Source: Armatimonadota bacterium
GTDB taxonomy: Bacteria > Armatimonadota > UBA5829 > JAUSEB01
Reading direction: 5' to 3'
Length of the DNA: 64,000 nt
Assembly (NCBI GenBank): GCA_030649165.1
Contig: JAUSGG010000024.1
Coordinates: 7,005 to 71,004 of the forward strand
Positions within the stretch are counted from its first letter, which is position 1. Each line of letters opens with the position of its first letter. A program made the position numbers and the translations under genes. Shown here in pieces: positions 19,141-28,589 of the stretch. A model generated the notes under the pieces. That model saw only the letters and a list, made by a program, of their open reading frames with translations, had not been told where the DNA came from and searched no databases.

Positions 19141-19172
19141 GGACCCGGTTTCGAGTCCCGGCCGGTCCACCA
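19141..19172 (+). other. 3' fragment of a tmRNA/tRNA-Ala-like gene (att-like remnant)
   Basis: ggacccggtttcgagtcccggccggtccacca = T-arm (one mismatch), acceptor 3' strand with U70/A73, and CCA. No 5' half nearby. Confidence 0.65.
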
Positions 19173-19567
19173 AACAACTAAAAATAAGGTTTCTCTCTAG
19201 CTAAAACGCCGGGATTCGCATCACCGGTGCTTTCGGCGTTCTACGCGCGGATGTCGTGCTCAGCGGCGATGTCCCAGCGATCTACAACAAGCCCGGCCTT
19301 TGGACTGGCTTCCCGGCCAGAACCACACATCGAGGCCCCGTTCTCTCTCTTTGCCGCCTTTTTCTCTGTCGCCTTTGGACTTTGGCATTCAAGTCCAAAG
19401 GGCGTTTCACGCTCAGGTTTGTGAGTTTTCGCAATCATTCCGCGCTCATGGGACTGGAGTAGTGGGTGTTGCTGGCGCGGAAGGAGGAAATGAGAGGCCG
19501 CTTGCACAATGGTAGTACAATACAAAACCGTGGTTCGTTTCGGGACAAGCTTCCCGAAACACCGTCC

Positions 19568-20413
19568 TCACTTAACCCACTCAACCCGAATGGGACCGAC
19601 TTTCTCATCAAGGATAAGGTGGGGTTCGAACTCCTCCCGAGCGCGCTTCACACCCAACGGATCACCGCAGAACACCTTCTCCCGAACCCACACTCCTGTC
19701 GACATGTCCACGGCGAATACGACCACGTTGCGGCCGTATCGAACCCGCAGAACTGCGTACCCATTCTGGGAAAGCTCCCCCGTGACAACGCGCACCAACT
19801 CTAGCTTCCTGGGTTTCGCCTCGCCGCGCAACTGGAGTTGGAAGGAAAACAGGTCCTCTAACCTATGTTTCCGTCCTCCGCTTATCTGGATGATGAGCTT
19901 TCCAGGGACCGGGGCATCACGTTTGGTCTCGATCCAGATGACTTTTTGACCCCGATAGATGCTGACCGACTTACTCTGCACTGTAGCCGGGCCCGGGAAG
20001 ACCAGGAGTCCTTTCCCCTCCACCGTTACCGTCTCTTGAGCTGTGGCGAACACATTGCCAGTGGCGGAAAGCACGTAGACGACCTTGAGATCGCCCAGCG
20101 CGTTGCTGGGTGTGGTGCTCAGCGACACCGTGCCTGACAGGCTGTCCCCACGCGCCTGCGAACTCACGACGCTCCCGTTGTCCACGCGGCGCAGTTCAAT
20201 GAGATCGGAGGAACTGGAATCAACAAGCGCGCTCACCGTATAGCGGACCTGCACCGAGTCGCCCTGCACCACAGCGACGACCTTCGTGCCGGGCGTGACC
20301 GTGTTCATAACGTCGAGAGTGACGGCTGGCCTAGCCTCCGCCCATAACGGGTCTGTCAGTCCGAGCGCGAGGAAAGCGACGACCAGCCAAAGGGGTACCA
20401 TCCTCATTGACAA
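19568..20413 (-). CDS. Secreted hypothetical protein (beta-rich N-terminal domain)
   Basis: Signal peptide, RBS GGAGG upstream, 281-aa ORF. Confidence 0.6.
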   Translation of the reverse strand: MSMRMVPLWLVVAFLALGLTDPLWAEARPAVTLDVMNTVTPGTKVVAVVQGDSVQVRYTVSALVDSSSSDLIELRRVDNGSVVSSQARGDSLSGTVSLSTTPSNALGDLKVVYVLSATGNVFATAQETVTVEGKGLLVFPGPATVQSKSVSIYRGQKVIWIETKRDAPVPGKLIIQISGGRKHRLEDLFSFQLQLRGEAKPRKLELVRVVTGELSQNGYAVLRVRYGRNVVVFAVDMSTGVWVREKVFCGDPLGVKRAREEFEPHLILDEKVGPIRVEWVK

Positions 20414-20687
20414 CCACCTCCTATGCGCGATGAGTCCTTGCAGACTCTATATGCCTTTCATAATCGTTCGACGGGTGGGGGGTTTTCACCTGCCACGCCG
20501 GCCCGGAGGATGACACCGCTGCGCCTACAGACGACAGGCGCGATCTCGAAGCCTGAACGCCTCGCTGGTCCTGACCACTCGACGCTTTGGAAACATTTCC
20601 CGTAGGTCTGTCGCGGAGGAGTCAGTGTTCAGATCGGGGATACCAACGTGCAGGCTTTGTAGATGTCGGTATTTCGGGAATCTTGTT

Positions 20688-22059
20688 CACTCTTGTCCAA
20701 AATAGGTTTTTGAGAAGGGCTGAGGCCTCCTTAGGCAGTATGTGTTTGTGACCGCAAACCAACTGCAAAGGAGTCTCAGCCTTGAAATCCAGTCTAAGCC
20801 TATTCGCCCAGATCGTGCAAGTCATACGACGAGCCAGATTCGCTCGCGTAGTTCGTCGGACCTCTGCTGAACGCCACAGCAAAGGGTTCAGCAGTTGGGA
20901 TCAGTTGATCGCTATGTTGTTCTGCCAGTTTGCTCAATCCAAGAGCCTTCGCGAGATAACCGATGGTCTTGCTGTGACATGTGGCAAGCTCAACCACCTC
21001 GGATTGCGCTCGGCTCCGGCGAAAAGCACCCTGGCATACGCGAATGCGCACAGGCCGTGGCAGATGTTCGAGCTACTGTTTGGCGAGTTGCTCACCATCT
21101 GCAAGAGCGTAAGCCCGGGCAAAAAGCGCAAGTTCAGATTCAAGAATCGCTTGCTGAGCTTGGACGCCAGCATCATTGAGTTGTGCGTGACCATGTTCCC
21201 CTGGGCTGACTTTCATCACGGTAAAGGAGCAGCAAAGCTCCATCTGTTGCTGGACCACGGCGGCTACCTGCCTGTGTTTGCCGATCTCACCGAGGGCAAC
21301 CGCAATGAACTAAAGATAGCTCAGAGCCTAAGACTACCCAAGGGAAGCATCGTCGCTCTGGACCGCGGCTATATAGACTACGGCCTGTTCCAAAGGTGGA
21401 CCAACGAGGGTGTCTTCTTCGTTACCAGGCTCAAGGACAAGTCTCTTATCGAGGTCATCAAAGAGCGGCTCGCGCCAACCGGCGGCAACGTCCTCGTCGA
21501 CGCCCTGGTTAAGATGACCGGCTACCTGGTCAAGAGAAAGTGCGCTTCCCACTTGCGAATCGTCGTCGTGTGGGACGAGCGTAGCGGAAAACACGTAACC
21601 TTCCTGACCAACAATTTCGCGCTGGCCGCATCTACCATAGCCGCGATCTATCGAGATCGCTGGGAGATCGAACTGTTTTTCAAGGTCCTAAAACAGCATC
21701 TCAAGATCAAAACCTTCGTTGGAACAAGCCTCAACGCCGTCAAGATACAGATTTGGACAGCACTGATCACGCTGCTCTTGATCAAGTTCATCCAGTTCAA
21801 GTCCAAGTGCGCGTTTGCGCTTTGCAGGCTCGTTGCGCTCCTGCGCTTGAACCTGTTTACATACCGAGACCTCTGGGATTGGCTGGCCAACCCGCTCGCG
21901 GTTCCACCATTGGAACCACCCCCACAGCTTGAGCTTTCGTTCTAGACAGCATATTCGAAAGCAGGGGGGGTAGAAATCCGACATGACAACAGAGACACCT
22001 AAGCTGAGATCACCAAACCTGTCCAAACAAGCTTCTTGCAGCTATTTTGGACAGCAATG
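20688..22059 (+). mobile_element. IS4-family insertion sequence
   Basis: Terminal inverted repeats cactcttgtccaaaatag / ctattttggacagcaatg; 9-bp target duplication AATCTTGTT at 20679-20687 and 22060-22068. Confidence 0.95.
20782..21945 (+). CDS. IS4-family DDE transposase (DUF4372-type N-terminus)
   Basis: Motifs LDASII, KLHLLLD, DRGYID, FVTRLK and YRDRWEIELFFKVLKQ (YREK). Confidence 0.95.
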   Translation: MKSSLSLFAQIVQVIRRARFARVVRRTSAERHSKGFSSWDQLIAMLFCQFAQSKSLREITDGLAVTCGKLNHLGLRSAPAKSTLAYANAHRPWQMFELLFGELLTICKSVSPGKKRKFRFKNRLLSLDASIIELCVTMFPWADFHHGKGAAKLHLLLDHGGYLPVFADLTEGNRNELKIAQSLRLPKGSIVALDRGYIDYGLFQRWTNEGVFFVTRLKDKSLIEVIKERLAPTGGNVLVDALVKMTGYLVKRKCASHLRIVVVWDERSGKHVTFLTNNFALAASTIAAIYRDRWEIELFFKVLKQHLKIKTFVGTSLNAVKIQIWTALITLLLIKFIQFKSKCAFALCRLVALLRLNLFTYRDLWDWLANPLAVPPLEPPPQLELSF

Positions 22060-22135
22060 AATCTTGTTCCCGAAACAGAACCGGCTTTGGACTTGAGAGA
22101 AAACCACCGTCGCTTTTGGCGCAGGGCACAATTCC
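22060..22135 (+). repeat. Island spacer module (TTTCGGGA..TCCCGAAAC hairpin + CCGGC(C)TTTGGACTTGAGAGAAAACCACCGTC), IS-interrupted copy
   Basis: Matches copies at 22851-22935 and 24221-24300; its left part lies at 20672-20687. Confidence 0.85.
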
Positions 22136-22316
22136 TCCACCAGTTTAGATGTTAGAGGTTAGATGTTAGATGGCCTCGGCGTGATCGCCGGGGCTTTCGG
22201 CGTTTTACGCGTGGAACTCATACAAGGACAGCGGTTTCACTGCAAGACCGTCTTGATACTGAGCCACTCGACTAACACCCTCTATGGCGACCTTCCCGGG
22301 GCAGTCCTGGAACGCA

Positions 22317-22676
22317 CTATTCTTTCGCGTAGTTGCTGGCTCCCGCCCAGTCTATCACCACAACCTCTTGGTCGCCTATCACCCAGGCGTCGTGCCCGGA
22401 AGGCAGCTTCGTAACCATTCCAGGCTCTGAGTCGAACTCAGTCCCATCGGCCATCACGATATGCATACATCCGGCAACTTGGTATTGAAAATGTGGAGCC
22501 TCACACCATTCAGTTCCCGCGATCGGTTTGACATGCTCCGACCAGCGCCAACCTGGTTCCAGCGTGAGTCTCCCCACTACTCCGTCCCCTATATGCAGAA
22601 GCTCCAGCTTGCCTTTTTCGAAGGTCCGAACTTCGTCCGGCGACTTGAAACTCTTATGCTCAGCGCTACCCATCAC
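22317..22676 (-). CDS. Cupin-domain protein
   Basis: Motifs LEPGWRWSEHVKP, CEAPH and LPSGHDAWV. Confidence 0.85.
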   Translation of the reverse strand: MMGSAEHKSFKSPDEVRTFEKGKLELLHIGDGVVGRLTLEPGWRWSEHVKPIAGTEWCEAPHFQYQVAGCMHIVMADGTEFDSEPGMVTKLPSGHDAWVIGDQEVVVIDWAGASNYAKE

Positions 22677-22850
22677 TGACTCCTATCTCGTCCAGACAGA
22701 TGATCATTTTCTCGATTCGTTTCCTGATCTCGCCGTATCGAGAAGCAGTTGCCTGTACGCAAGTGCTTGCTCTCTTGCTTACCCAGTTTCCGGTTATGCA
22801 AACCCACTCCGGAGCGGACTCGCACGGATTCTTCTCGTTTCTTCGCGGTC

Positions 22851-22935
22851 TCTCGGGAAGCTTGCTCTCGAAATCGAACCCGGCCTTTGGACTTGAGAGA
22901 AAACCACCGTCACTTTCCGCGGAGGCAACAATTCC
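22851..22935 (+). repeat. Island spacer module copy
   Basis: tctcgggaagcttgctctcgaaatcgaacccggcctttggacttgagagaaaaccaccgtc. Confidence 0.85.
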
Positions 22936-23065
22936 CGATCCTTCGGTAGCAAAGCGTCAGCGTCGCTGCCGAAGGATATAAGGACGTAAGGAAGCAACGG
23001 CTTTACGCTGCCGCATTCCGGGTAACTATTAGGTGAGCATAAACTACTGAAAAGGGATACGCAGA

Positions 23066-24202
23066 ATGGCGATTTCGGTGAGCAAGATGCCGAGGCAGAA
23101 CTTGGAAGACCTCTTGCCTATGAGAAGCTTCTGGTGGCTTCTGGAATCGGCGCCGGATGGTATCATGATTGTGGATAGCGAGGGCCGCATCATGCTTGTC
23201 AACGCACGAGCGGAAAAGCTATTCGGTTATACGGAGGATGAGTTGATCGATAAGCCCGTCGAGATCCTGATGCCGGAGCGTTTTCGCCAGAAACATGCCG
23301 AGCATCGCCAAGCTTACGAGTCAGCCCCCAGAACGAGGCCAATGGGGATCGGACTGGAGCTCTATGGTGTACGTAGAGACGGCAGCGACTTTCCCGTCGA
23401 GATCAGTTTAAGCCCGGTACAGACCAAGAAGGGATTGCTGGTGATGGCCATTATCCGCGACATCACCGACTACAAGCGTGAACACTTCATCTCCCAAACA
23501 CTCCAGCAGGCATTGCTCTCTCCAGCGCCTGCTGACTTAAGTGGGATGAAGATGGCTTCGGCATACCATTCCGCCCACATCGGAGCTCTGGTTGGAGGCG
23601 ACTTCTTTGACGTTTTCGCCATTCGGCCTGGATTGATAGGCATAGCCATTGGGGATGTATCCGGCAAAGGGACGGAAGCCTCAGTGCATACAGCCTTGGC
23701 GAAGTACTCGCTGAGAGCGTATGCCTATCAAGACCCGGTTCCATGCTCTGTAATGGAGAGGCTGAACAATGCGGTTTCCCACCAGTCAGAGCCCGAGGAT
23801 TTCATCACGTTGTTCTACGGACTGCTCCGTATCAGAGAGGGGACCCTTTCTTTCGCGAACGCAGGGCACATGCCACCCCTCTACCTCGCTTTTCCAAGCC
23901 GTGAAGTATCGGAGTTGGCCATTCGCGGCGTGCCTTTAGGGGCACATCCCGAAACCCAATACCAACAGCAAGCAATAGACGTCAGGAGTGGCGACAGAAT
24001 ACTGTTCTACACGGACGGTGCAACGGATGCGCGGAACGGCAAGGGGTTCTATGGCGTAGATCGCCTGACGGAGTTCTTCCGTGACAGGCGGTTTGAGCAA
24101 CCAAGCGATTTCCTTGCCCACCTGATGAAAACACTGGAGGACTGGTCCGAAGACCGATTGCGGGACGACATAGCGCTGCTCTTGGTTTCGATTGGGGAGT
24201 AA
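23066..24202 (+). CDS. PAS-domain PP2C/SpoIIE (RsbU-like) phosphatase
   Basis: PAS (ESAPDGIMIVD..RRDGSDFPVEISLSP) followed by VGGDFFD, IGDVSGKG, ANAGH, YTDG and DDIALL. Confidence 0.92.
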   Translation: MAISVSKMPRQNLEDLLPMRSFWWLLESAPDGIMIVDSEGRIMLVNARAEKLFGYTEDELIDKPVEILMPERFRQKHAEHRQAYESAPRTRPMGIGLELYGVRRDGSDFPVEISLSPVQTKKGLLVMAIIRDITDYKREHFISQTLQQALLSPAPADLSGMKMASAYHSAHIGALVGGDFFDVFAIRPGLIGIAIGDVSGKGTEASVHTALAKYSLRAYAYQDPVPCSVMERLNNAVSHQSEPEDFITLFYGLLRIREGTLSFANAGHMPPLYLAFPSREVSELAIRGVPLGAHPETQYQQQAIDVRSGDRILFYTDGATDARNGKGFYGVDRLTEFFRDRRFEQPSDFLAHLMKTLEDWSEDRLRDDIALLLVSIGE

Positions 24203-24220
24203 GGGGACGAAGCTTTGAGG

Positions 24221-24300
24221 TGTTTCGGGAACCTTGTTCCCGAAACGAACCCAGCCTTTGGAGTTGAGAGAAAACCGTCGTCGATTCTTGCGGAGGGAAC
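24221..24300 (+). repeat. Island spacer module copy
   Basis: tgtttcgggaaccttgttcccgaaacgaacccagcctttggagttgagagaaaacc. Confidence 0.85.
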
Positions 24301-24344
24301 GCTGGCGCCACCAGGTTTAGAAGTCAGAAGGTAGGAGTGCCGTT

Positions 24345-24420
24345 GTTTCGGGATTTGAGGAGCGCCACCCGCCTTCCGCCCAGCAGTCCCACTCACCATA
24401 CGCTCCGGAAATCCCGAAAC
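24345..24420 (+). repeat. GTTTCGGGATTT hairpin element (AGCG subtype, 36-nt centre)
   Basis: gtttcgggatttgaggagcg-N36-cgctccggaaatcccgaaac; a half copy starts at 24583. Confidence 0.9.
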
Positions 24421-24803
24421 CCGCAATCTCATTGTCTGACACACTACATAGGGATGAGGTTTTGGGATTCTGCCTCCGCCAACACGGTTGTTGCCAATTG
24501 CCAACCCGTACATATATGGTGGCAGTTGGCAACAACGAGACCGCGCCCGTGTGTCGCGTAGTTGCTTCCGCCAGGTTCTCTTGTTTCGGAATTTGAGGAG
24601 CGCCGCCCACACCTGCTGTCGTATAGAGTCGGATCGGAGACCCTGCCGGTTCTGTTTCGGGAGCGATGACACGTCGCGCCCGATCAAGGTAGGAGTTAGA
24701 GGCTGGAAGGCAGAACTCAGGAGTTAGAAGCTGGAAGGACCTCGGCGCGATTGCCGGGGCTTTTGCTGTTTTATGCGCGGAGATAGTGAGATTGGAGTTC
24801 ATC

Positions 24804-26792
24804 ATGCATCGATTGGTATCTGCCTTTGTGCTCGCCTCGATTCTTGCTTCGGGGGTTGCGTATTCGGCTCAGCAAGACGTTCGGGACATCTACCCGGATA
24901 CCTGGGTGGCTAGCGATGCTCTTGGGAGGACAATGCCGGGGTTTGTTGATGCGGGGCCGATGAAGAAGGATCAACGCCGCGTGGTGGGGATCTTCTACAT
25001 TACGTGGCACAGCGACTCGCTAAGCGCGCTGAAGAGCCCGTTTACGGCTGATGTCTCAAAGGTACTCGCCGGCGACCCGAGCGCCCGCCTCGATGCCAAG
25101 CATCCGCTGTGGACGGAAGGCTCGTATCACTGGGGCGAGCCTGAGACGGGCTATTTCCTGAGCAAGGATGAGTACGTCATCCGCAAGGATATGTCGATGC
25201 TTGCCGACGCGGGCGTGGACGTGCTCGTGATGGACGTCACCAACGCGGTGCGGTACTGGGACGAGTGGGATGTTGTCTTTCCGGTGATGCGGAAGATGAA
25301 GGCCGAAGGAAATAAAGTCCCCCAGTTCTGCTTCTGGGCGTTCAACGGTCCGGTGATCACCGTCGTGCAAGACCTGTACGAGAAGATATACAAGGCGGAG
25401 AAGTACAAAGACCTGTGGTTCATGTGGGATGGCAAGCCGCTTCTGCTCTACAACGGCAATCCGACCAGCGATGCCAATGGCGCGGGCGTGCAGAACCCAA
25501 ACCCGCATTACGACGCGTCCGCCGTAACAGACAAAAACAACCCCCATTACGGCGACCCCAATTACACTGAGCAGTATTACAAAGATTACACGAAAGAGGT
25601 GAAGAGCGCCTTCACGCTGCGCACCATGTGGTGGGGATACTACGAGTGGGCGGGGAAGCGCTTTGTCGGGACCGAAGACAACTGGAGTTTCGGCCTGGAT
25701 ATGGGGGATAAGCGGGTTAGCTCGATGAATCCGGACGATCTCGTCTCGGTCCATAACGGCAAGAGAGAAGAATCGGCCGTAACGCCCGCGCAGCATCCGT
25801 CCAGCTTAGTCGGAAAGTCATGGACACTGGACAAGGGAGAACCGGAACTGAATGAGCAGGATCTGCCTGTGCCGACCTATGTGCCCTGGCTCGGCAAGAC
25901 AGTCGAACACCCTGAAGGCTATGGAATCTACTTCCAGCAGCGATGGGATGAGGCGATCAAGAGTAACCCGCAATTCCTCTATATCAATGATTGGAACGAA
26001 TGGTCAGCCGGCAAGTATCAGCCGGCGGAGGGACAGACCACCGATTTCATGCGCCGCAAGAGCCCCTACTTCTTCGTCGATCAGTATAACGCTGAGTTCA
26101 ACCGCTGCATCCAGCCGATGAAGGGCGGATACACCGACAACTACTACATGCAGATGGCTCAGAACATTCGGCGATATAAGGGTGTCCGACCCATACCTGA
26201 GCTGCGCGGATATAGCGCGATCAAGATCGACGGGGATTCCAAAGACTGGAAGCAAGCGAAAGTTGAATACCGGGACACTATCGGCGATACCGCTCATCGT
26301 GATTACAAAGGCTATGGCGGGCTCCACTACAAGAACGACTCAGGCCGCAACGACATCACCGCCGGCAAGGTTGCGGTGGATCGCGAGATGATCTACTTCT
26401 ATGCTGAAACGAACACCGCGTTGACACCGCACACCGGCCAAAACTGGATGCTTCTGTTGATCGATGCCGACAAGAATCCCAAAACGGGGTGGTTTGGCTA
26501 TGACTACCTCATCAACAAGAGTATCGTGGACGCCAGGACCACCACAATCAGACGGTTTGACCCCAAGACCAAGTCATGGGTCGAGGTTGCGAAGCTGGGC
26601 TATCGCTACAAGGGGAAGACTCTTGAGCTGGCTGTGCCGCGCAAGCTTCTGGGGCTGGAGGGCGGCGCGTTCTCCTTCGATTTCCACTGGTGCGACAATC
26701 CTGCCGATCTGACCGACCCGATCTCTCTCTGCGTCAATGGCGACAGCGCACCAAACAGGCGGTTTAGCTATAGGTGTGTGTGGCGGAAGTAG
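24804..26792 (+). CDS. Secreted glycoside-hydrolase-like protein (TIM-barrel type with C-terminal sugar-binding-like domain)
   Basis: Signal peptide; HWGEPxxGYF, ADAGVD, WDGKPL and INDWNEW motifs; KIDGDxxDW domain. Confidence 0.65.
   Translation: MHRLVSAFVLASILASGVAYSAQQDVRDIYPDTWVASDALGRTMPGFVDAGPMKKDQRRVVGIFYITWHSDSLSALKSPFTADVSKVLAGDPSARLDAKHPLWTEGSYHWGEPETGYFLSKDEYVIRKDMSMLADAGVDVLVMDVTNAVRYWDEWDVVFPVMRKMKAEGNKVPQFCFWAFNGPVITVVQDLYEKIYKAEKYKDLWFMWDGKPLLLYNGNPTSDANGAGVQNPNPHYDASAVTDKNNPHYGDPNYTEQYYKDYTKEVKSAFTLRTMWWGYYEWAGKRFVGTEDNWSFGLDMGDKRVSSMNPDDLVSVHNGKREESAVTPAQHPSSLVGKSWTLDKGEPELNEQDLPVPTYVPWLGKTVEHPEGYGIYFQQRWDEAIKSNPQFLYINDWNEWSAGKYQPAEGQTTDFMRRKSPYFFVDQYNAEFNRCIQPMKGGYTDNYYMQMAQNIRRYKGVRPIPELRGYSAIKIDGDSKDWKQAKVEYRDTIGDTAHRDYKGYGGLHYKNDSGRNDITAGKVAVDREMIYFYAETNTALTPHTGQNWMLLLIDADKNPKTGWFGYDYLINKSIVDARTTTIRRFDPKTKSWVEVAKLGYRYKGKTLELAVPRKLLGLEGGAFSFDFHWCDNPADLTDPISLCVNGDSAPNRRFSYRCVWRK
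26646..26792 (+). repeat. 147-bp direct repeat, left copy (partner 27723-27869)
   Basis: Gap-free alignment; both copies encode FDFHWCDNPADLxDPISLCVNGDSAPNRRF..WRK*. Confidence 0.92.
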
Positions 26793-26849
26793 AGAGTGAC
26801 CTCCGGATCAGCAGGCAGCCATGTGGTATAATATCCACGGAGGGCGAGC

Positions 26850-27101
26850 GTGGAACCGCGTCTACATAAATCTGAAGTCCAACGTTGGTTGGCAGGTCAG
26901 CGCGAGTCTGAAAAGGTGATCCGGAAGGAACGCGTTAAGGCTCTGCTTAACCGCTCGCCTGATGAAGCATGGACGGTATATCTCTCCTTAACGGATAGCT
27001 GGTTGGGTAACTCACCGGACGCGAGCAAGCCCTCGTACCTCTTGACAGCGATGCGCCGGGCGCTGGACCGGCGTTCCCAGAGGAAGCATCTTGTCCCATG
27101 A
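26850..27101 (+). CDS. Small protein, putative partner/antitoxin of the downstream nucleotidyltransferase
   Basis: 83 aa, ATGA overlap with the next gene, extended -10 TGgTATAAT at 26824-26832. Confidence 0.6.
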   Translation: MEPRLHKSEVQRWLAGQRESEKVIRKERVKALLNRSPDEAWTVYLSLTDSWLGNSPDASKPSYLLTAMRRALDRRSQRKHLVP

Positions 27102-27685
27102 GTATTCTGGATACCGCGGTCGATATAGCATCCTTCCTCGATGAGCAAGAAATCCCCTATGCCGTTATCGGAGGACTGGCAGTCCAATACTGGGGCGAGG
27201 CGCGAACCACCAGGGATGTTGACATAGTGGTTCTTGTATCCCCCGACAGGATCGAAGGTTTCCTCGACGCGGCTGTTCGCAGATTCAAGCCGCGTCTCCA
27301 GGACGCCGTCTCCTTCGCCCAAACAAACCGCATGCTCCTGCTGTCCGATGCTGGCGGAACGCCTGTCGACATCGCGCTGGGCATTCCAGGCTACGAAGAA
27401 GAAGTAATCCGGCGCGTCGTGACCGTGACACTCCCGAACAACCACGTCATCCGATTGATTGGCCCCGAAGACCTGATCATACATAAGTGCATAGCTGGAA
27501 GACCGAGAGATCGGGAGGACATCGAGAGGATCTTGGTGCGGCAACGACTCTCGGTTGACATCGACTATATCCGGCAGTGGCTGGGTGAATTCGTTGACCT
27601 GATAGAGGATCACGATGTCGTCTCGATTTTCGAGAGTGCGCTCGAACGGGCAAGCGCAGAGCTGGCACAGGATACCGAAGCTTAG
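27098..27685 (+). CDS. Pol-beta-superfamily nucleotidyltransferase (DUF6036/AbiEii-like)
   Basis: Motifs YAVIGGLAV, RTTRDVD and PEDLIIHKCIAGRPRDREDI. Confidence 0.85.
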   Translation: MSILDTAVDIASFLDEQEIPYAVIGGLAVQYWGEARTTRDVDIVVLVSPDRIEGFLDAAVRRFKPRLQDAVSFAQTNRMLLLSDAGGTPVDIALGIPGYEEEVIRRVVTVTLPNNHVIRLIGPEDLIIHKCIAGRPRDREDIERILVRQRLSVDIDYIRQWLGEFVDLIEDHDVVSIFESALERASAELAQDTEA

Positions 27686-27722
27686 AAGAGCGACAGGCAT
27701 TAACGGCTGTCCTTCGCCCAGT

Positions 27723-28054
27723 CTCTTGGACTCGGAAAGCAGCGCATTTACCTTCGATTTCCACTGGTGCGACAATCCTGCCGATCTGATCGACCCGATC
27801 TCTCTTTGCGTCAATGGCGACAGCGCTCCGAACAGACGGTTCAACCACCGGTGTATCTGGCGGAAGTAGGCGCCAACGCGAACAAGAGCATCGAGCTTCA
27901 GGTCGGCGCGAAGGAAGCGCTCGTTGACGACCACATGGTCGTTCTGCTCTCGCCGATCGCAACGGTGCGAGGCTGCGCGATTATCCCGCTCTCCTTCATC
28001 GTCGAGCAGCTTCGTCTGCCGCCGAAGAACCCCAAGCTACTGACCCCGCGATAG
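27723..28054 (+). pseudogene. Two abutting orphan gene 3' ends (copies of the 24804 and 17066 genes)
   Basis: 27723-27869 matches 26646-26792 and 27868-28054 matches 18925-19111; neither has a 5' part. Confidence 0.85.
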
Positions 28055-28206
28055 ACCAGGCCCGACCGTTCGCCACCGAAACAGTTCAGTGAGGCAACCA
28101 CGCCCGCTGTGCCGGGAACGCTACGCCGAGCAGGCAGAGCCGTGCTTTGAAAGAATAAGTGAACCCAAGGCAAACAATTGGCGACGGTAAGTGGCCGCCT
28201 GTGTCT

Positions 28207-28578
28207 TCAAGATTTGCACCTACGGTAAGACGCGGTTACTTTGTTGCAGAGGGAAACCAGAGAACCGATCAAAATAGCAACCAACCCGATCGGCCACATC
28301 AAAAGAAGAGTCACGCAGGCCCATAGAAACAATCGACCAAGCCACCCTCCCATCTGCTCGGGCTTCATAACGAACCCGCATAGTATCAGTGGAATATTGA
28401 TTGGCCAAATAAAGAAGACGATAAAGGCAAGTAAACCGAATAGCCCGATGATATCCATCCACCAAGGCAGAGGCGTCGCGGCATTTGCTGATCTTTCCCT
28501 TTCCAGCCTTTCCTCTTCTTTTCTCTCTATCTCCGCCTGCAAGTCGAACTCACCATACCAGTCCGGCACAGTAGACAC
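28207..28578 (-). CDS. Small membrane protein
   Basis: Charged N-terminus followed by hydrophobic segments. Start moved to a GTG because the ORF-track 5' extension reads through repeats. Confidence 0.55.
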   Translation of the reverse strand: MSTVPDWYGEFDLQAEIERKEEERLERERSANAATPLPWWMDIIGLFGLLAFIVFFIWPINIPLILCGFVMKPEQMGGWLGRLFLWACVTLLLMWPIGLVAILIGSLVSLCNKVTASYRRCKS

Positions 28579-28589
28579 CCCCTTTCCGA

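Noticed and set aside
19112-19260. Complete tRNA or two-piece tmRNA
   Set aside because: No D-arm, anticodon arm or complementary 5' acceptor strand was found on either side.
26646-28054. Duplicated gene tails as DGR template/variable repeats
   Set aside because: Mismatches are not adenine-specific and are often synonymous; no reverse transcriptase is in the window.
28168-28205. ggcaaac..ggcgac..ggccgc resembling a c-di-GMP-I riboswitch first stem
   Set aside because: The stem pairs poorly, the second hairpin is missing and there is no same-strand downstream gene.
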